Assembly: GCF_039654945.1 (NCBI RefSeq)
Contig: NW_027361797.1
Location: forward strand, 34,534,001-34,598,000
From: Dendrobates tinctorius
Taxonomy: Eukaryota
Direction of reading: 5' to 3'
DNA: 64,000 bases
Below are positions 50,481-62,885 of this stretch, in pieces (position 1 is the stretch's first letter; each line of letters begins with the position of its first letter). Below the pieces are notes generated by a model. The model was not told the origin of the DNA and did not search any database. It worked only from the letters and a program-made list of their open reading frames with translations. The position numbers were made by a program, and so were the translations under genes.

Positions 50481-50886
50481 AGGGAACCTGACAGCATGAT
50501 AATGCCGTCCAATCTGCAGACATCATCTTATAGGGCAGGGGGAGGTGAGCAGATTGATATATAGCATTGTGAGAAAGATTTAGTATAACTTATGCTTTCA
50601 TCATTGAATCCTCTGCTCTTTCTGGGATTTTCAGTCCAGTGGGCGGTCCTGTCAGTGACTGACAGCCATCTGTGTGTGCACATTTATACAAGGAAAGCTA
50701 TCAGTCACAGACAGGACCGCCCACTGGACCGAAAATCCCATAAAGAATCGAGGATTATATTATGAAAGCCCAGGCTATACAGAATATTTTTTTTCACAAA
50801 ACTATATATCAAATTACTCAGCTCCCCCCGACTCAATAACATGATATCTAGAGATTGGACTGCATTTTCATGATGCCAGGTTCCCT
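50481..50886. mobile_element. T2/Kolobok-type fold-back MITE with TTAA TSD
   Basis: TTAA-AGGGAACCTG...CAGGTTCCCT-TTAA; arms stay complementary toward the centre (CAGTGGGCGGTCCT / AGGACCGCCCACTG). Confidence 0.9.
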
Positions 50887-52433
50887 TTAATAAAGAACTT
50901 TAGTTTTAGGTGTATTTGGACAAATAAAGGAATGGCATACATGGCCTTCATAAAAAAACATAACTATATTACTACAAATAAAACGTGTGGTCATGTCTCT
51001 GTTCCTTACAGCCTTTGAATGTATCACCTACTATACCTTGTGGTCATAAAGGGTCTACTAGGTTATGGACCTATAGACAGTTCTTGAACATGGGTTCTAT
51101 CCTCGAGGTTTCCTTCGTGGGTCAAGATACAAGTTTGTAGAAGTCGAAGTTGAAGAGAAAATGTTGACCGACTCACATCTTTATTTCAGTAGCATAAAAT
51201 ACAATTTCACAATGTGGTGACTTCCCTTTAAGGACAAGTCAAAAAAATAAAGTGATAGATAAAAAAAAAAAGGTGGAGATACCAAAATCTTCTGTGACGG
51301 CCTTCCAACTATTAGACCAATATCCTTTTGTGATCCAGAACCTGACATCGAGCCTGGAGGGCATTGAGTAATAACATTTGTCCCCACAATTCAATATATA
51401 TGAGGAAAGCTGAACTGTACAGACTTTGCCAGATGCCACCAAACCTGCCTAAAGGGTGCCAATAAAACAGAACACCTCTAAAAATGGATGGAGTAGCTTC
51501 ACAATAACATACAGTACCGTGCTAAGGAGTTGAACAATACAGTGCTTTTGTTTTTAGTAATGGTACATATTATTTCTGTACAGTGTGACATCATCATATA
51601 CGGCGCCATGTGAGCAGTATGTATGTATATATTTTATATGATGCTTATATATATATGTACATATATTTTATACATATTTAGAGATCGAAATAGACAGATA
51701 AATGACTCAAAAAGCTTTTGAAAGGGTCAATGGTTAAAAAATGCCCATGTGGCTGGGACACAATATTATTTCAGAGTCACTTCGAACCACTGGGTCAAGT
51801 CTCGAAAAAGGATGCACGGACATCTCTTTAAGTCCAATTAAAAATAAAATAAAAGTTTCTTGGTAGGCCGTAAAGTAATAACTTAAGGTAAAATAAAGGG
51901 GAATAAGAAAAAGAAAATGACTCGCCTATACTGTGCAATCGCGGGCACAACCCTAGGAATGGCAGTAAAAAGCAAACTGTGCTTTACTCACCATCCCCAT
52001 TGCTGCTTCTGGTCATAGTTATCGTCTGCAGTGCTGAAAAAAAATGCCGACAGTGCTGCAGACAATCAGTGAGCTCAGTCGCTCTGCGCGAGTTGTCAGC
52101 AAGAGCCGCTGAGATCAATGATTGGCTGCAGTGCGGTCAACCTGATATATTTCAGCCATCCTTTTTTAGAGGCCCGAACGAGCAAATTGCGTCACTCCTG
52201 AAATCTGCACTATTATGTCTCCCCTTTGTGATCTTATTGATGCCTGTCTCATGACAGAGGCACTTTAAAAGAAATAAATTAGCAAAAACCATAGTCCAGG
52301 GTCTTTGTTTTAAATAGTGTTGTCAAAGATATAATAAATACTAAAAGCAGAAAACAGAGTAAAATGAAAAAGAAAAAAACTTTTACTACCTTGGATAATA
52401 CCCCTCTTTTCTAGCAATACCAATCAGATTTAA

Positions 52434-52871
52434 AGGGAATCTGTCAGAAGGTTTTTGCTATGTAATCCGAGGAAGGCATGATGTAAGAATTAAAACACTG
52501 CATTCAGCAATGTGTCACGCTGTGTGCTCCTGTTTTCTTACAATGAAGGTTTTATTACCAGGACATTATCACGGCAAGGACTAGTGGTCAGATGAGCACT
52601 GGTCCGACCACGCCCCCTCCTCTGATAAGCAGCTTTCTGTCAATATACCATGTACACAGAAAGCTGTGGTGTGGGCGAGGTTAGCTTTCTCAGCTTTGCT
52701 CCACGGGCGGGGTTAGCTTTCTCAGCTCTGCTCCATGCTCCATCGAAAAACTCTGTGTCACAACAGCAGCACCCAGTAAACTAAGTGATACATCGTTGGA
52801 ATCAGGGTCTCTTTTCCTACATTATGCTGCTCTCTGATCAGGTAGAAAAAAATCCTTCTGCCAGATTCCCT
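52434..52871. mobile_element. T2/Kolobok-type MITE with TTAA TSD
   Basis: TTAA-AGGGAATCTGTCAGAAGG...CCTTCTGCCAGATTCCCT-TTAA. Confidence 0.9.
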
Positions 52872-53929
52872 TTAAGTTAATTTGTTATCTTTTCACATTC
52901 TTTGCTTTATGAACATTTATGAAAAATACCCCTTTAAGGCAAACCAACACTCTATTAGATAATACCTTTAAAAAAAATAGTGTTTCCTACAGAGACACTT
53001 TTTCGCAGATCTTTCAGTCCACATACAAGATATGGATGGAACAAATAAATATATTTATTTTTAATAAATATACACTCTTAGACTACACTTTATACAATAC
53101 AGTATCTAGCAGAGCTCAGAGGTGGCCATGAAAATGCATATTCTATAAGAAATGGTGATCTCCGCTGCAAATCCATGCAAACTCCCTCTTGTTTTCTTTC
53201 AAAGACTAAACCTTAATGTATCATCTTTAAAGTGTAACTCCACCTTACATGGGATGGTTCAGGGCAATGACATGTGAAAACGGTTTTATTGTGGCACTCA
53301 CATTATTTGATACTGCCATTGTGGAGGGGGTTTGCATCAAACTTGTTGCCCACTAAGCTTGAGCTGGCCCAAAGTTGTATAATGATTTAATGATTTATTT
53401 ATTAACTTTTTAAATCCTTGTAACCCAAAAAAGGAAAAAAATAGTAATTTGCTGCATGCTATGTCTACTATTTTTTGGTAAATTTGCTACAATCATGTTC
53501 AATGCATGACCATCATATTTTTTGATCGTTGGGGGTCCAACTGTCAGCATCCTTGTTGAGATCACAGCAGGGCCGCCGCCTCCTGGACTGCTTACCTGAG
53601 CGCTGTCTACATTGTAGCAGCTGTGTTGGGAATTGCAGAGTGGCCCCATTCCTTTTAATAACACAACACTGCAATAATTATGACTCCAAAGTTGGACCTC
53701 TCAAAGGAAATGTATAATCAGAAAATGACCTATTGTTTAAATTGTATGTTCTTTAAAACACATGCACTGTACATGTACCATATAATTAAGCAGAGTTTTT
53801 CAGCACATTTTTTTTGACACGAGTCAATTGTTCCAGAAAGATGGCGGGAGAGGGGGAGCGCGGAGCAGTGGGTCACAGAGGCAGGAGTCGGCGGCTGTAA
53901 CTGTGCCCACTGCTAAAGAGAAATGAATA

Positions 53930-55105
53930 TTGCATACAAGGACAGGACGGGGGAGCCATGCATACAGGGACGGGTGAGCCATGCATACCAGGATGGGGAT
54001 GAGGGGACAATGCATACAAGGGCAGGGACGGGGGGTCATACATACACGGACAGGACACGGGAGCCATGCATACAAGGACAGGGACGGGGGAGCCATGCAT
54101 ACAAGGACAGGGACGGGGAGTCATACATACAAGGACAGGACACGGGAGCCATGCATACAAGGACAGGGACGGGAAGCCATGCATACAAGGACAGGGACGG
54201 GGGAGCCATGCATACAGGGACGGGGGAGTCATGCATTCAAGGACAGGACAGGGGAGCCATGCATACAGGGGCGGGAAGCCATGCATACAAGGACAGGACG
54301 GGTGAGCCATACATACAAGGACAGGGACGGGGGAGCCATGCATACAAGGACAGGGACGGGGGGGTCCTGCATACAAGGACAGGGACGGGGGAGTCATGCA
54401 TACAAGGACAGGGACGGGGGAGCCATGCATACAAGGACAGGACAGGGGAGCCATGCATACAGGGATGGGAAGCCATGCATACAAGGACAGGACGGGTGAG
54501 CCATGCATACAAGGGCAGGGGCGGGGAGCCATGCATACAAGGACAGGACGGGTGAGCCATACATACAAGGACAGGGACGGGGGAGCCATGCATACCAAGA
54601 TGGGGATGAGGGGACAGTGCATACCAGGATGGGGATGAGGAGACAATGCATACCTGTCTTATACTCGAGTCAGTAAGTTTACCCAGTTTTTCGTGGCATA
54701 CAAGGACAGGACGGGGGAGCCATGCATACAAGGACGGGCAGCCATGCATACAAGGACAGGACGGGGGAGCCATGCATACAAGGACAGGGACGGGGGAGCC
54801 ATGCATACAAGGACAGGATGGGGGAGCCATGCATACAAGGACAGGACGGGGAAGTCATGCATACAAGGGCAGGGACGGGGAGCCATGCATACAAGGACAG
54901 GACGGGTGAGCTATGCATACAAGGACAGGGACGGGGGAGCCATGCATACCAGGATGGGGATGAGGGGACAATGCATACCAGGATGGGGATGAGGAGACAA
55001 TGCATACCCGGCTTATACTCGAGTCAGTAAGTTTACCCAGTTTTTCGTGGCAAAATTAGATGCCTCGGCAAATACTCGGGTTGACTTATACTCGAGTATA
55101 TACGG
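53930..55105. repeat. About 29-bp minisatellite (GCCATGCATACAAGGACAGGGACGGGGGA) inside a pogo/Tc2-like MITE whose TIR ends at 55105
   Basis: About 35 tandem units; terminus TACTCGAGTATATACGG-TA matches the TIR of 58138-58942. Confidence 0.9.
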
Positions 55106-57019
55106 TATTTATTTCTTGACCGCTTACCTACCATTTTTAAAAGTCTGTTGACTCTCTTTAGTCCAAATTACTCAGCTATCTCCATCAGTCCTACTCTATA
55201 GACTTTAGATGGAGCAAAAGTGATCATGCTTTACTATTGCTCCATTCAAGTTTTTCCAGAATGGACTTTGGAACCCTAATTCTAGTGACTATGGAGGTTC
55301 CACTGATGCAGCCCCCAATCGTACATTTAGAACCTGTCGTGTATCCAAGATTCTGAAAGCAACTCCTCGGAAATCAGATTGATGTGTCTCCCCTGATGAT
55401 TTCTACTGAGCTCTCTCTTTATAGATACATATTTCCTATCTACATATGTTATAGATATTTGTATTTCTAAAATAATAGAATTCTTGTAATTTTTACTGGG
55501 GCTATTTAAGACTCACACATTCTGTTCTGCAAAGAAATCTTTTCTGCAGTCTCATCATCATAGACAATATTTGAGTGACAGCTAACACCTTTACACAGCC
55601 AGAAACAAAGGATCCAATAATCATACTACATGATGTCACAGCTTACCCTGCTCCCGTTCCTTCAAATTGACCTTTTGCACATGATCATTAGATGCTTCAA
55701 TGCAAAAGATAGGGTCTGAATGAGTCTATTGCCGCTAATGTACAGTGCATTTCCTGAAAGAGCAGGAAAGGATGAGTCAAGAATACCCTCAGTGGCCAGT
55801 GTGGAAATTGCAAGAATTCTATATGCACACACATATGTATATATTATAAAAGCACATGAAAACTCGATGTAAACAGTAGATCTTTTTCTGAAGACACATT
55901 GATATACTGATATTAAAAAATCCCTTAATAAGAGATGGTCCGAGGAACAAATCACCGCATGCTGGAGTTTGATCAGATATTGCACTCAACCATGCAAGTC
56001 AATGAGTCTGTGGAAAACATCGGACTGCACTCTGATGACATCTGAGTGAAGTCCGATTTCTGTGGCCTTACAAAATAGAGAAGATGGAGACATTTTTTTC
56101 TGATCACAGTTTGATGAGACTGTCATTTGCATAATCGACCCGATTCTCTCAGATGAGAGAATATACGCTCGTCTGCACCTGACCTTATACTCATAACAGC
56201 TAACCTGCTTGTTGGTGGTTTACAGGCAGCTAAGCAGATATATTTAGCAAAAATGATCTAAAAATAAGGCAATGAAGGCATAGTACAAAGTATGGCGCCA
56301 ATGAGAGTAGAAGGTGGAGTTTCACTTTAAAGTAAAATATAAAAGGTATCCTGGGAGATGCATCTTCATGTTACATACGCATTATTATAATATATAGATT
56401 TATTTTACGCTTTTATATTTGTATCCAGATATACATATATATATTTTAATTTCTATAAATATGTCTTTGTATATTTACTGTACAAACAGGTATATAAATA
56501 TAGATATGCCTTAATACACAAACGTACCACATAGGCCAACAGGTATAGAATTTAACGTTGAAGGACGAAACTGCACACCACGCATTTTAGACATTTTTTT
56601 GTTGTTGTTTTCAGGAGTTTCACCACATTCACAAATTGTACCACGGATACCAATATCTCCCTTGACATGGAATATGAGAGGTCGAGTGAATGGCAGTGTC
56701 CCATAGGCTAAAAGTCCTTAGATGAGAGTTTGCACCTCCGATATGTCGCTTTCTATGTCCCTTGCGTCTTGTGATAGATGGAAGAGGAATTCAATGGTTG
56801 CGGAAGGTCTTGACACTTAGAAGAATAATCAGCATTTTTGAGGGACATGGTCAGAAGAAGCTGATTAGACCAACATTTAACAAATGCTTTGCATCGTGGA
56901 TATTTACTGAGGCACACAGGCTAAATGCTGCCATTCAATCAGAAGCAGCAGAATAATTGCTCCCAATCTCATGGTTCCTTGCAAGAAAACGTTGGGCGAC
57001 GTCGTGGCTTCCATGGATC

Positions 57020-57216
57020 TCACGTCACCTCCAGAGATGCTGGGGATACTCTGTCACATTCTGCACGGGACCTCAGGCTGTGCCACTGCTCCACTGCCGT
57101 CCGGTGAGTACTTAGCATGCGTCGCCAGTGGTTGGACTCTGGGGAGCCCGATGAATACTGACCAATCACTATCCTCCCAATGAAGTCATTGCTGCTTTTC
57201 ATGTTGTGTCCATACA
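57020..57216 (-). CDS. SYT17: Synaptotagmin-17 last coding exon (end of C2B domain; YGHNMKSSNDFIGRIVIGQYSSGSPESNHWRRMLSTHRTAVEQWHSLRSRAECDRVSPASLEVT*)
   Basis: TTTTGCAG acceptor; C2B C-terminal ND.IG / HW..ML / QWHSL motifs plus the SYT17-type tail; neighbour of CLEC19A as in human. Confidence 0.95.
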
Positions 57217-57307
57217 CTGCAAAATAAATTTCAATAATGTGAAAGATCACTTTTTTTCTCAACAGTTTACCTGTCTTTCAGCCTCAGCCTGTACATAAGA
57301 CTCATTT

Positions 57308-57754
57308 GGCTAGTTTCACACTAGCGCTTTTGAGCGCAGCGACGGCCTGCGCACGGCCGCCGCTAATCCCCGCCCCGCCTCCGCCGGTAGCTCCGCCTAC
57401 CGGCGCATGACGCTGCATGCGTCCTGCGTCCCCTATCTTTGTCACTGGGGGCGCAGGCCGTGCGCAGTATGCGTTTGGCGGCGCATGCGTCCTTTTGACG
57501 GTGCTCCGACCTGCGCCAAACGCAACCTGCTGCAGTTTGGTTGCGCTCGGCGCACTGTCAAAAAGGCGCATGCGCCGCCAAACGCATACTGCGCACGGCC
57601 TGCGCCCCCAGTGACAAAGATAGGGGACGCAGGGCACATGCAGCGTCATGCGCCGGTAGGCGGAGCTACCGGCGGAGGCGCGGCGGGGGCGGGGCTTAGC
57701 GGCGGCCGTGCGCAGGCCGTCGCTGCGCTCAAAAGCGCTAGTGTGAAACTAGCC
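57308..57754. mobile_element. Near-perfect palindromic Harbinger-type MITE in the last intron of SYT17
   Basis: GGCTAGTTTCACACTAGCGC...GCGCTAGTGTGAAACTAGCC; arms complementary over about 210 bp; flanks TTT/TTA. Confidence 0.9.
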
Positions 57755-58137
57755 TTAGACATGAGCCTGCTGTGATCATTCTGTTTGTCCTCCTGAAACT
57801 CAGGAAGGGTCCCGGCATTTCTCTGCACATACATTTTTATACGGTATTGTTAATTCACTATTTTACTTTTAGTCGAAGTTGCGCCTGCACCAGGATTTAA
57901 AGTCAGAACCTTTAGCTATGAACCACAGGCTTCACTGCTAAGAATGGGAGAATTTTCTCTTCCTATACAGTATATCTAAATATCTATCTTCTTCTGTACA
58001 GGAATCCTGTACCGGTGTGTGTGTACAGAATATTGCACTGGTAGGTATATTTATATACCTACCAGTGCAATATTCCTGTAAGGAAGAAGAATATATATTA
58101 TACATACCAGTACAAATTCCTGTAAAGAAGAAGAATA

Positions 58138-58942
58138 CCGTATATACTCGTGTATAAGCCAACCCGAATATAAGCCGAGGTCCCTAATTTTGCCACAAAA
58201 TCTGGGAAAACTTATTGACTCAAGTATAAGCCGAGGGTGGTGCTGCACAAGGGTTAATGGTGGCCCAAGAAGATGCTCCATAGATAAATACAGCCCATAT
58301 ATTGCTGCTGCTGCAATTAAAAAAAATGACATACTGACCTCTCGCCGCTGGGGGCCAGGTGCCGGTGTCCTGAGCAGGCAGGGACATCGGTGCGCTATGT
58401 TGGTCAGGTGCCGGTGTTGCCGCTGGCTCAGGCCCCCGGCACTGGCGATACTTAGCGGTCCCTGTTCCATCGCCGTGCGCCGCTCTGTCCTCCGGGTCCT
58501 CAGCAGTGACGTTCAGCAGAGGGCGCGCACTGACTACGTCATCGCGCCCTCTGTCCTGAACGTCACAGTCAGAGGATGGCAGGACGCCGAAGACAGCGCG
58601 CGGAGGTGGAACAGGGACAGGTGAATATTGTAAGTGCCGGGGTCCTAAGCAAGCGGTGACACCGGTACCTGACTCCCATAGCGCGCCGGTGTCCCCGCCT
58701 GCTTAGGACCCCAGCATTTGCCCCACTGCCAAAGCTGACCACCGGCCCTGCAGCAGCCACCGGGGACACTGACAGAGGCTGCAGGGACGCAGCTACATCG
58801 CCCAGAGATGCCGGGGAGGGGACCTCCACCCTGCATCGGTGACCAGTTAAGTGGGACCCATGACTCATGTATAAGCCGAGGGGGGTCTTTTTCAGCCCCA
58901 AAAAGGGGCTGAAAAACTTGGCTTATACTCGAGTATATACGG
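58138..58942. mobile_element. Non-autonomous pogo/Tc2-like (Tc1/mariner superfamily) element
   Basis: TA-CCGTATATACTCG.GTATAAGCC...GGCTTATACTCGAGTATATACGG-TA. Confidence 0.88.
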
Positions 58943-58995
58943 TATAAGATAGATGGATAAATGTTCCAAAATCAGACAAGGCGATTTTCTGGATT

Positions 58996-59217
58996 TCATA
59001 GAATCCTAGAATGGTAGAGTTGGAAGGGACCTCATTATGTCCAACTCCCTGTTCAAAGCAGGATTCATGAAATCATCCCACACAGATGTCTGTCCAGCCT
59101 CTGTTTGAAGCCTTCCATTGAAGGAGAACTCACCACTGCTCAAGGCAGCCTGTTCCACTCATTGATCACCCTCACTGTCACAAAGTTTTTTCTAATATCT
59201 AATCTGTGTTTTCTCAT
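58996..59217 (-). mobile_element. CR1 LINE 3' fragment
   Basis: Matches 15610-15800 and the reverse complement of 503-634. Confidence 0.85.
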
Positions 59218-59237
59218 TTTGACTCTTATAGTTGTGG

Positions 59238-59331
59238 TCTACCTATGATGTCAAGTACAGGCCTCTCTCATGTTTTTAAGCGGGAGAACTTGCACAATTG
59301 GTGACTGACTAAATCCTTTTTTTCCCCATTG
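59238..59331 (+). mobile_element. Tc1-like 3' TIR fragment
   Basis: GAGAACTTGCACAATTGGTGACTGACTAAAT.CTTTTTT.CCCCATTG-TA terminus. Confidence 0.55.
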
Positions 59332-61429
59332 TATGCTTGAGTGCATCGCTCTACTATGTATGTGTGTGTAATATGTGTGTAGTGTGTGTGCTTAATGTAT
59401 TAGCATGTGGATATTTTATATATGTGAGTGTGATGCAGACTGATTAGAAGAACTTCTGGGATTGACAGCACAGATTGCTAACTGCCTCTTCCAGTGTGGG
59501 GATTTCTGAGAAGGGGGTGTATTATACACTGGTGTTACATAGGTGCATGATTAATAATTCATTTATTAAACTATTATTTTTTTTTATTTATTATAATAAT
59601 TATTTATTACTGTAAGGTAATATGTGATTGTAAACTGCGGAGAGAGATTCATTATTATGCTAATGTGGAGGGATGATGGATGATTACTGTATTACTCCAT
59701 TTCAATTTTCACCTCAGGAAGCAGAAAAGAAGGAATCTGCCCTAAGGAAAAGTGTCATTTCATTAGCTCAAGACGGCTCTGATGTAAAGGTATGACAGAG
59801 ACGGTCGTATGCCTGCCCCCGAAGAAAACAAATTGCGTTATGTGAATATTGACATTGCATTTCATTGTGTAATGTGAAATGTGACTAGTGTACAGTGTTA
59901 GGTACTGATGCTGCTGTGTTGATAATGCAAGGTAAAGCCTAAGGTAACTTTGGTACTCTCAGCTCAGGTGTAGGGTAAGGCTTAGGACCAAGAGTAGTGA
60001 CAGATAGCGCAAGATAGGTAGTGGTGGGCTTTATTAGTGCATAAGTGAAAGGAATAGTGTAGAATATAGTCAAATGTTTGGGACCAGCCCATGATGTGAA
60101 GGAGGTATTGGTCAAGTATAAAGGGGAACTGCTTCCTGGTTTATTTACTAAGAGAAAGTGTGAGGTCTGTGTGAAGACCAAGTTCAAGGTGCAGTTGGCT
60201 GGAGGCACATGGAGTACATATCGTTCTGGCAGCAAGAGGTCTTACCAAATTTCTTGAGGATCTTTCTGAAATGTCTGGGCCCTACAGCCCGAACTAGATA
60301 CTGAGGAGTGTGCATTAATCTTGTCCATACACAGAAAGCCGGATGGGAAACCACGCGCGAGAGATGTAACGAATCTCTGGAATGCTCTGGGGCTGGTCGG
60401 GGAATTTCTGGGGCTAACAAGAGAATCAAGAGTAGGGATAATCCGAGCTGAATGTTAGCAGAAGCTTAAAATGTACTGTGTTGATGAAACTGGAAGCGGA
60501 GGGTGGTCTGCCCAATAACGTGTGATGGACTTGAACTGTTCAGTAAAGTTGATTTACTGATGAGTGTGCCTGATCATGGAACCAAGGACGTGGATGCAGC
60601 TGAGGCATCCGGCCTAGAAGTGAGTGCAAAGAAAGCTTCACAGCACATCACCCACTGGACTGGGACACTGTTTGCTTGTAACACGCCAGGGCATGGAGGA
60701 GTAGCATCTCACCCATGGCTACCGGCCTTGGAAAATTACACTGACATCACATCAAGTGGGGTCCGCCCAATCAACACAGTTACAGAGAAAACAGGTACAG
60801 GTACAGAAATTATGAAGTGCGGAAGTTACCACCCAAAATATGCAGGATATGTATATTATTTCTGGCTGAGCTAAATCTAATACACGACTACAAGATGAAG
60901 GCTTCAAAACATTCCTGAGATTACGTTGACAAATAAGTGACCTATTATTGTACAATTTTACCAAATTATTACATTTCATCACTCTAAGACCTAATTTCTC
61001 AGATGTTGAGTGGGAAGGTTTTCATATCAGCCAAAAATCTGACACTGTGTAATAATCCGTGGGTTTATGTACATCACAGCGTACAAACCATCCAAATATG
61101 TTAGATGAGTAACTGTAAAAGAGCTAATTCTAGATATTTGTTTGGAGAACATGGAAAGCATTTAAAATCCAGAACGTCTGCTGCATGATGACGAACAGGA
61201 CGCGTTCCAATCCTCTATGCATTAACCCTATTCGCTTTCTCACTCTGAGATTCTGTTTCTGTAGTAGCATAGTCAGTGAAGAAAGTCCTACAGAGAATGA
61301 ATGGAGTGGGGGTCCGCATAGTCGACCTCGACCATCATTGAGGGTCCCAGCGGTTGGATCACTAATGATCGTGAAGTTATCCCTTATCTTAAGTTTGTAA
61401 ATAACTTCAAAAGTTGGCACAAACCCTTA

Positions 61430-61820
61430 AAAGGGGTTTCAAGTTTCTGAAAACCCCTGCCCTCACCTTCAAACCGTGCTTTACTCACCTCCACCAAAGG
61501 TTCATCTGTGAATCTCCACCGTTGCTTCAAGTGTCTGTTATTGTCTGAAGCACTCACTTCATGTCACTAGCACTGCAGACAATCAGTGAGCTTAGCGGCT
61601 CTACCCAAGTTGACGGCGCGAGCTGCTCTGAACTGCTGAGCTCACTGATTGGCTGCAGCACTGTTGACGTGACGTCAGCGCTGCAGACAACAACAGACAC
61701 CTGGAGCTGCGGTAGAGACTTGGCACTAGATCAGGGAAGGATGAGTAAAGTAGATTAGATAGCTTTAAAAAAACAAAAAAAGTTGGAGAAGAGGGGTTAT
61801 CCGAAACTGGAAAACTCCTT
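61430..61820. mobile_element. Degenerate TTAA-type MITE
   Basis: TTAA-AAGGGGTTT...AAAACTCCT-TTAA ends; internal palindromic CTGCAG.CAATCAGTGAGCT / AGCTCACTGATTGGCTGCAG core also seen near 52050-52135. Confidence 0.55.
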
Positions 61821-62202
61821 TAAGGTAACAATTCAACATAAACAAAAGCAAAATAAATCAATGGCCACTCCAGCACTGCTGCTATGGTGGTCCTGACAAT
61901 CTTTTTTTAGCTGTCCTACAGTAATGATGTTCAAACTACCCTCACGTAACCACTGCAGCCAATCACTTGTTAGCACATGATCACTGTGAGGCCAGTGACA
62001 GGTTGCAGAGGTCATCATTTGGTCGGTACATCATCACCTTGGTACAACAAACATAGACTGGCAGATCCACTGTAGAAACAGTGGAATTACTGTCTAATCT
62101 TACCACCTTCTCACTACAATCATGGCGATGCAATGACTTAGTGTGACAGTGCAATCATGCAGTTATTACCACTCTCATTTTAATAAAAAAAAAGTGGACC
62201 CT

Positions 62203-62885
62203 TAAAGTGATTGTCTTGGATTTTTACATTGATGGCCTATCCTTAGGATAGTTCATCTGCATCTAATTGTGGGGGTGTGATAATGTTGGCAGCAGATTAT
62301 TCAGGATACTCTCCAAGCGTGTGACAACAGAGCTTCTTTATTCAGGAACAATATATGATATGCTTAATAGATCAGGAATAAATCATTTGTGTGTCTCTAT
62401 CTGTGCAGCATCTACAGCAGGCTGCTTCTCTCATACACAGACACAGGAAAAACAGGAAATACAGTCACATGCTCTCCCTGTGTGAGCCTCTGGGAGTGTC
62501 TTTTTTGTTCTAACTTTATGAACAGCATACAAATCTAGCAACTGAACACTCATAGACAGGAATGGAGTTGTTGCACCAAACATATTCCAACAGACACTTT
62601 CCACACGGTCAATCAGCGGCGACCAGAAATGTGGAGTTGCACAGCGGCCGTGTCCAGGTACTGCACATGCTCCTCCTATTCAAAAAAAAAGGGGGCGGGT
62701 TGCAGTACCCAGCTGCAGCCAATAGACAGTTGATGGAACTGTACCGTGCTGCTCCACAACTGAGCACTTCTGCACCGAAAACAACTGATCGGTTGGGGTG
62801 CCGGGTGTAGCACCCCAACTGATCAGATACTGATGACCCACCCTAAGGACAGGCCATCAATGTTAAAGTCCTGGACAAACTCCTT
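62203..62885. mobile_element. Degenerate T2-type MITE(s)
   Basis: ATTGATGGCCTATCCTTAGGATAG at the left end and CCTAAGGACAGGCCATCAAT at the right end form inverted sub-termini. Confidence 0.55.

Noticed and set aside
53824-55030. Cluster of Cys/Pro/Met-rich ORFs
   Set aside because: Produced by the 29-bp minisatellite.
51170-57019. SYT17 3' UTR end / poly(A) site
   Set aside because: Several minus-strand AATAAA candidates (about 56400, 53055, 51180) and nothing in the sequence to choose between them.
57302-57775. Mirror-image ORFs on both strands
   Set aside because: Artefact of the palindromic MITE.
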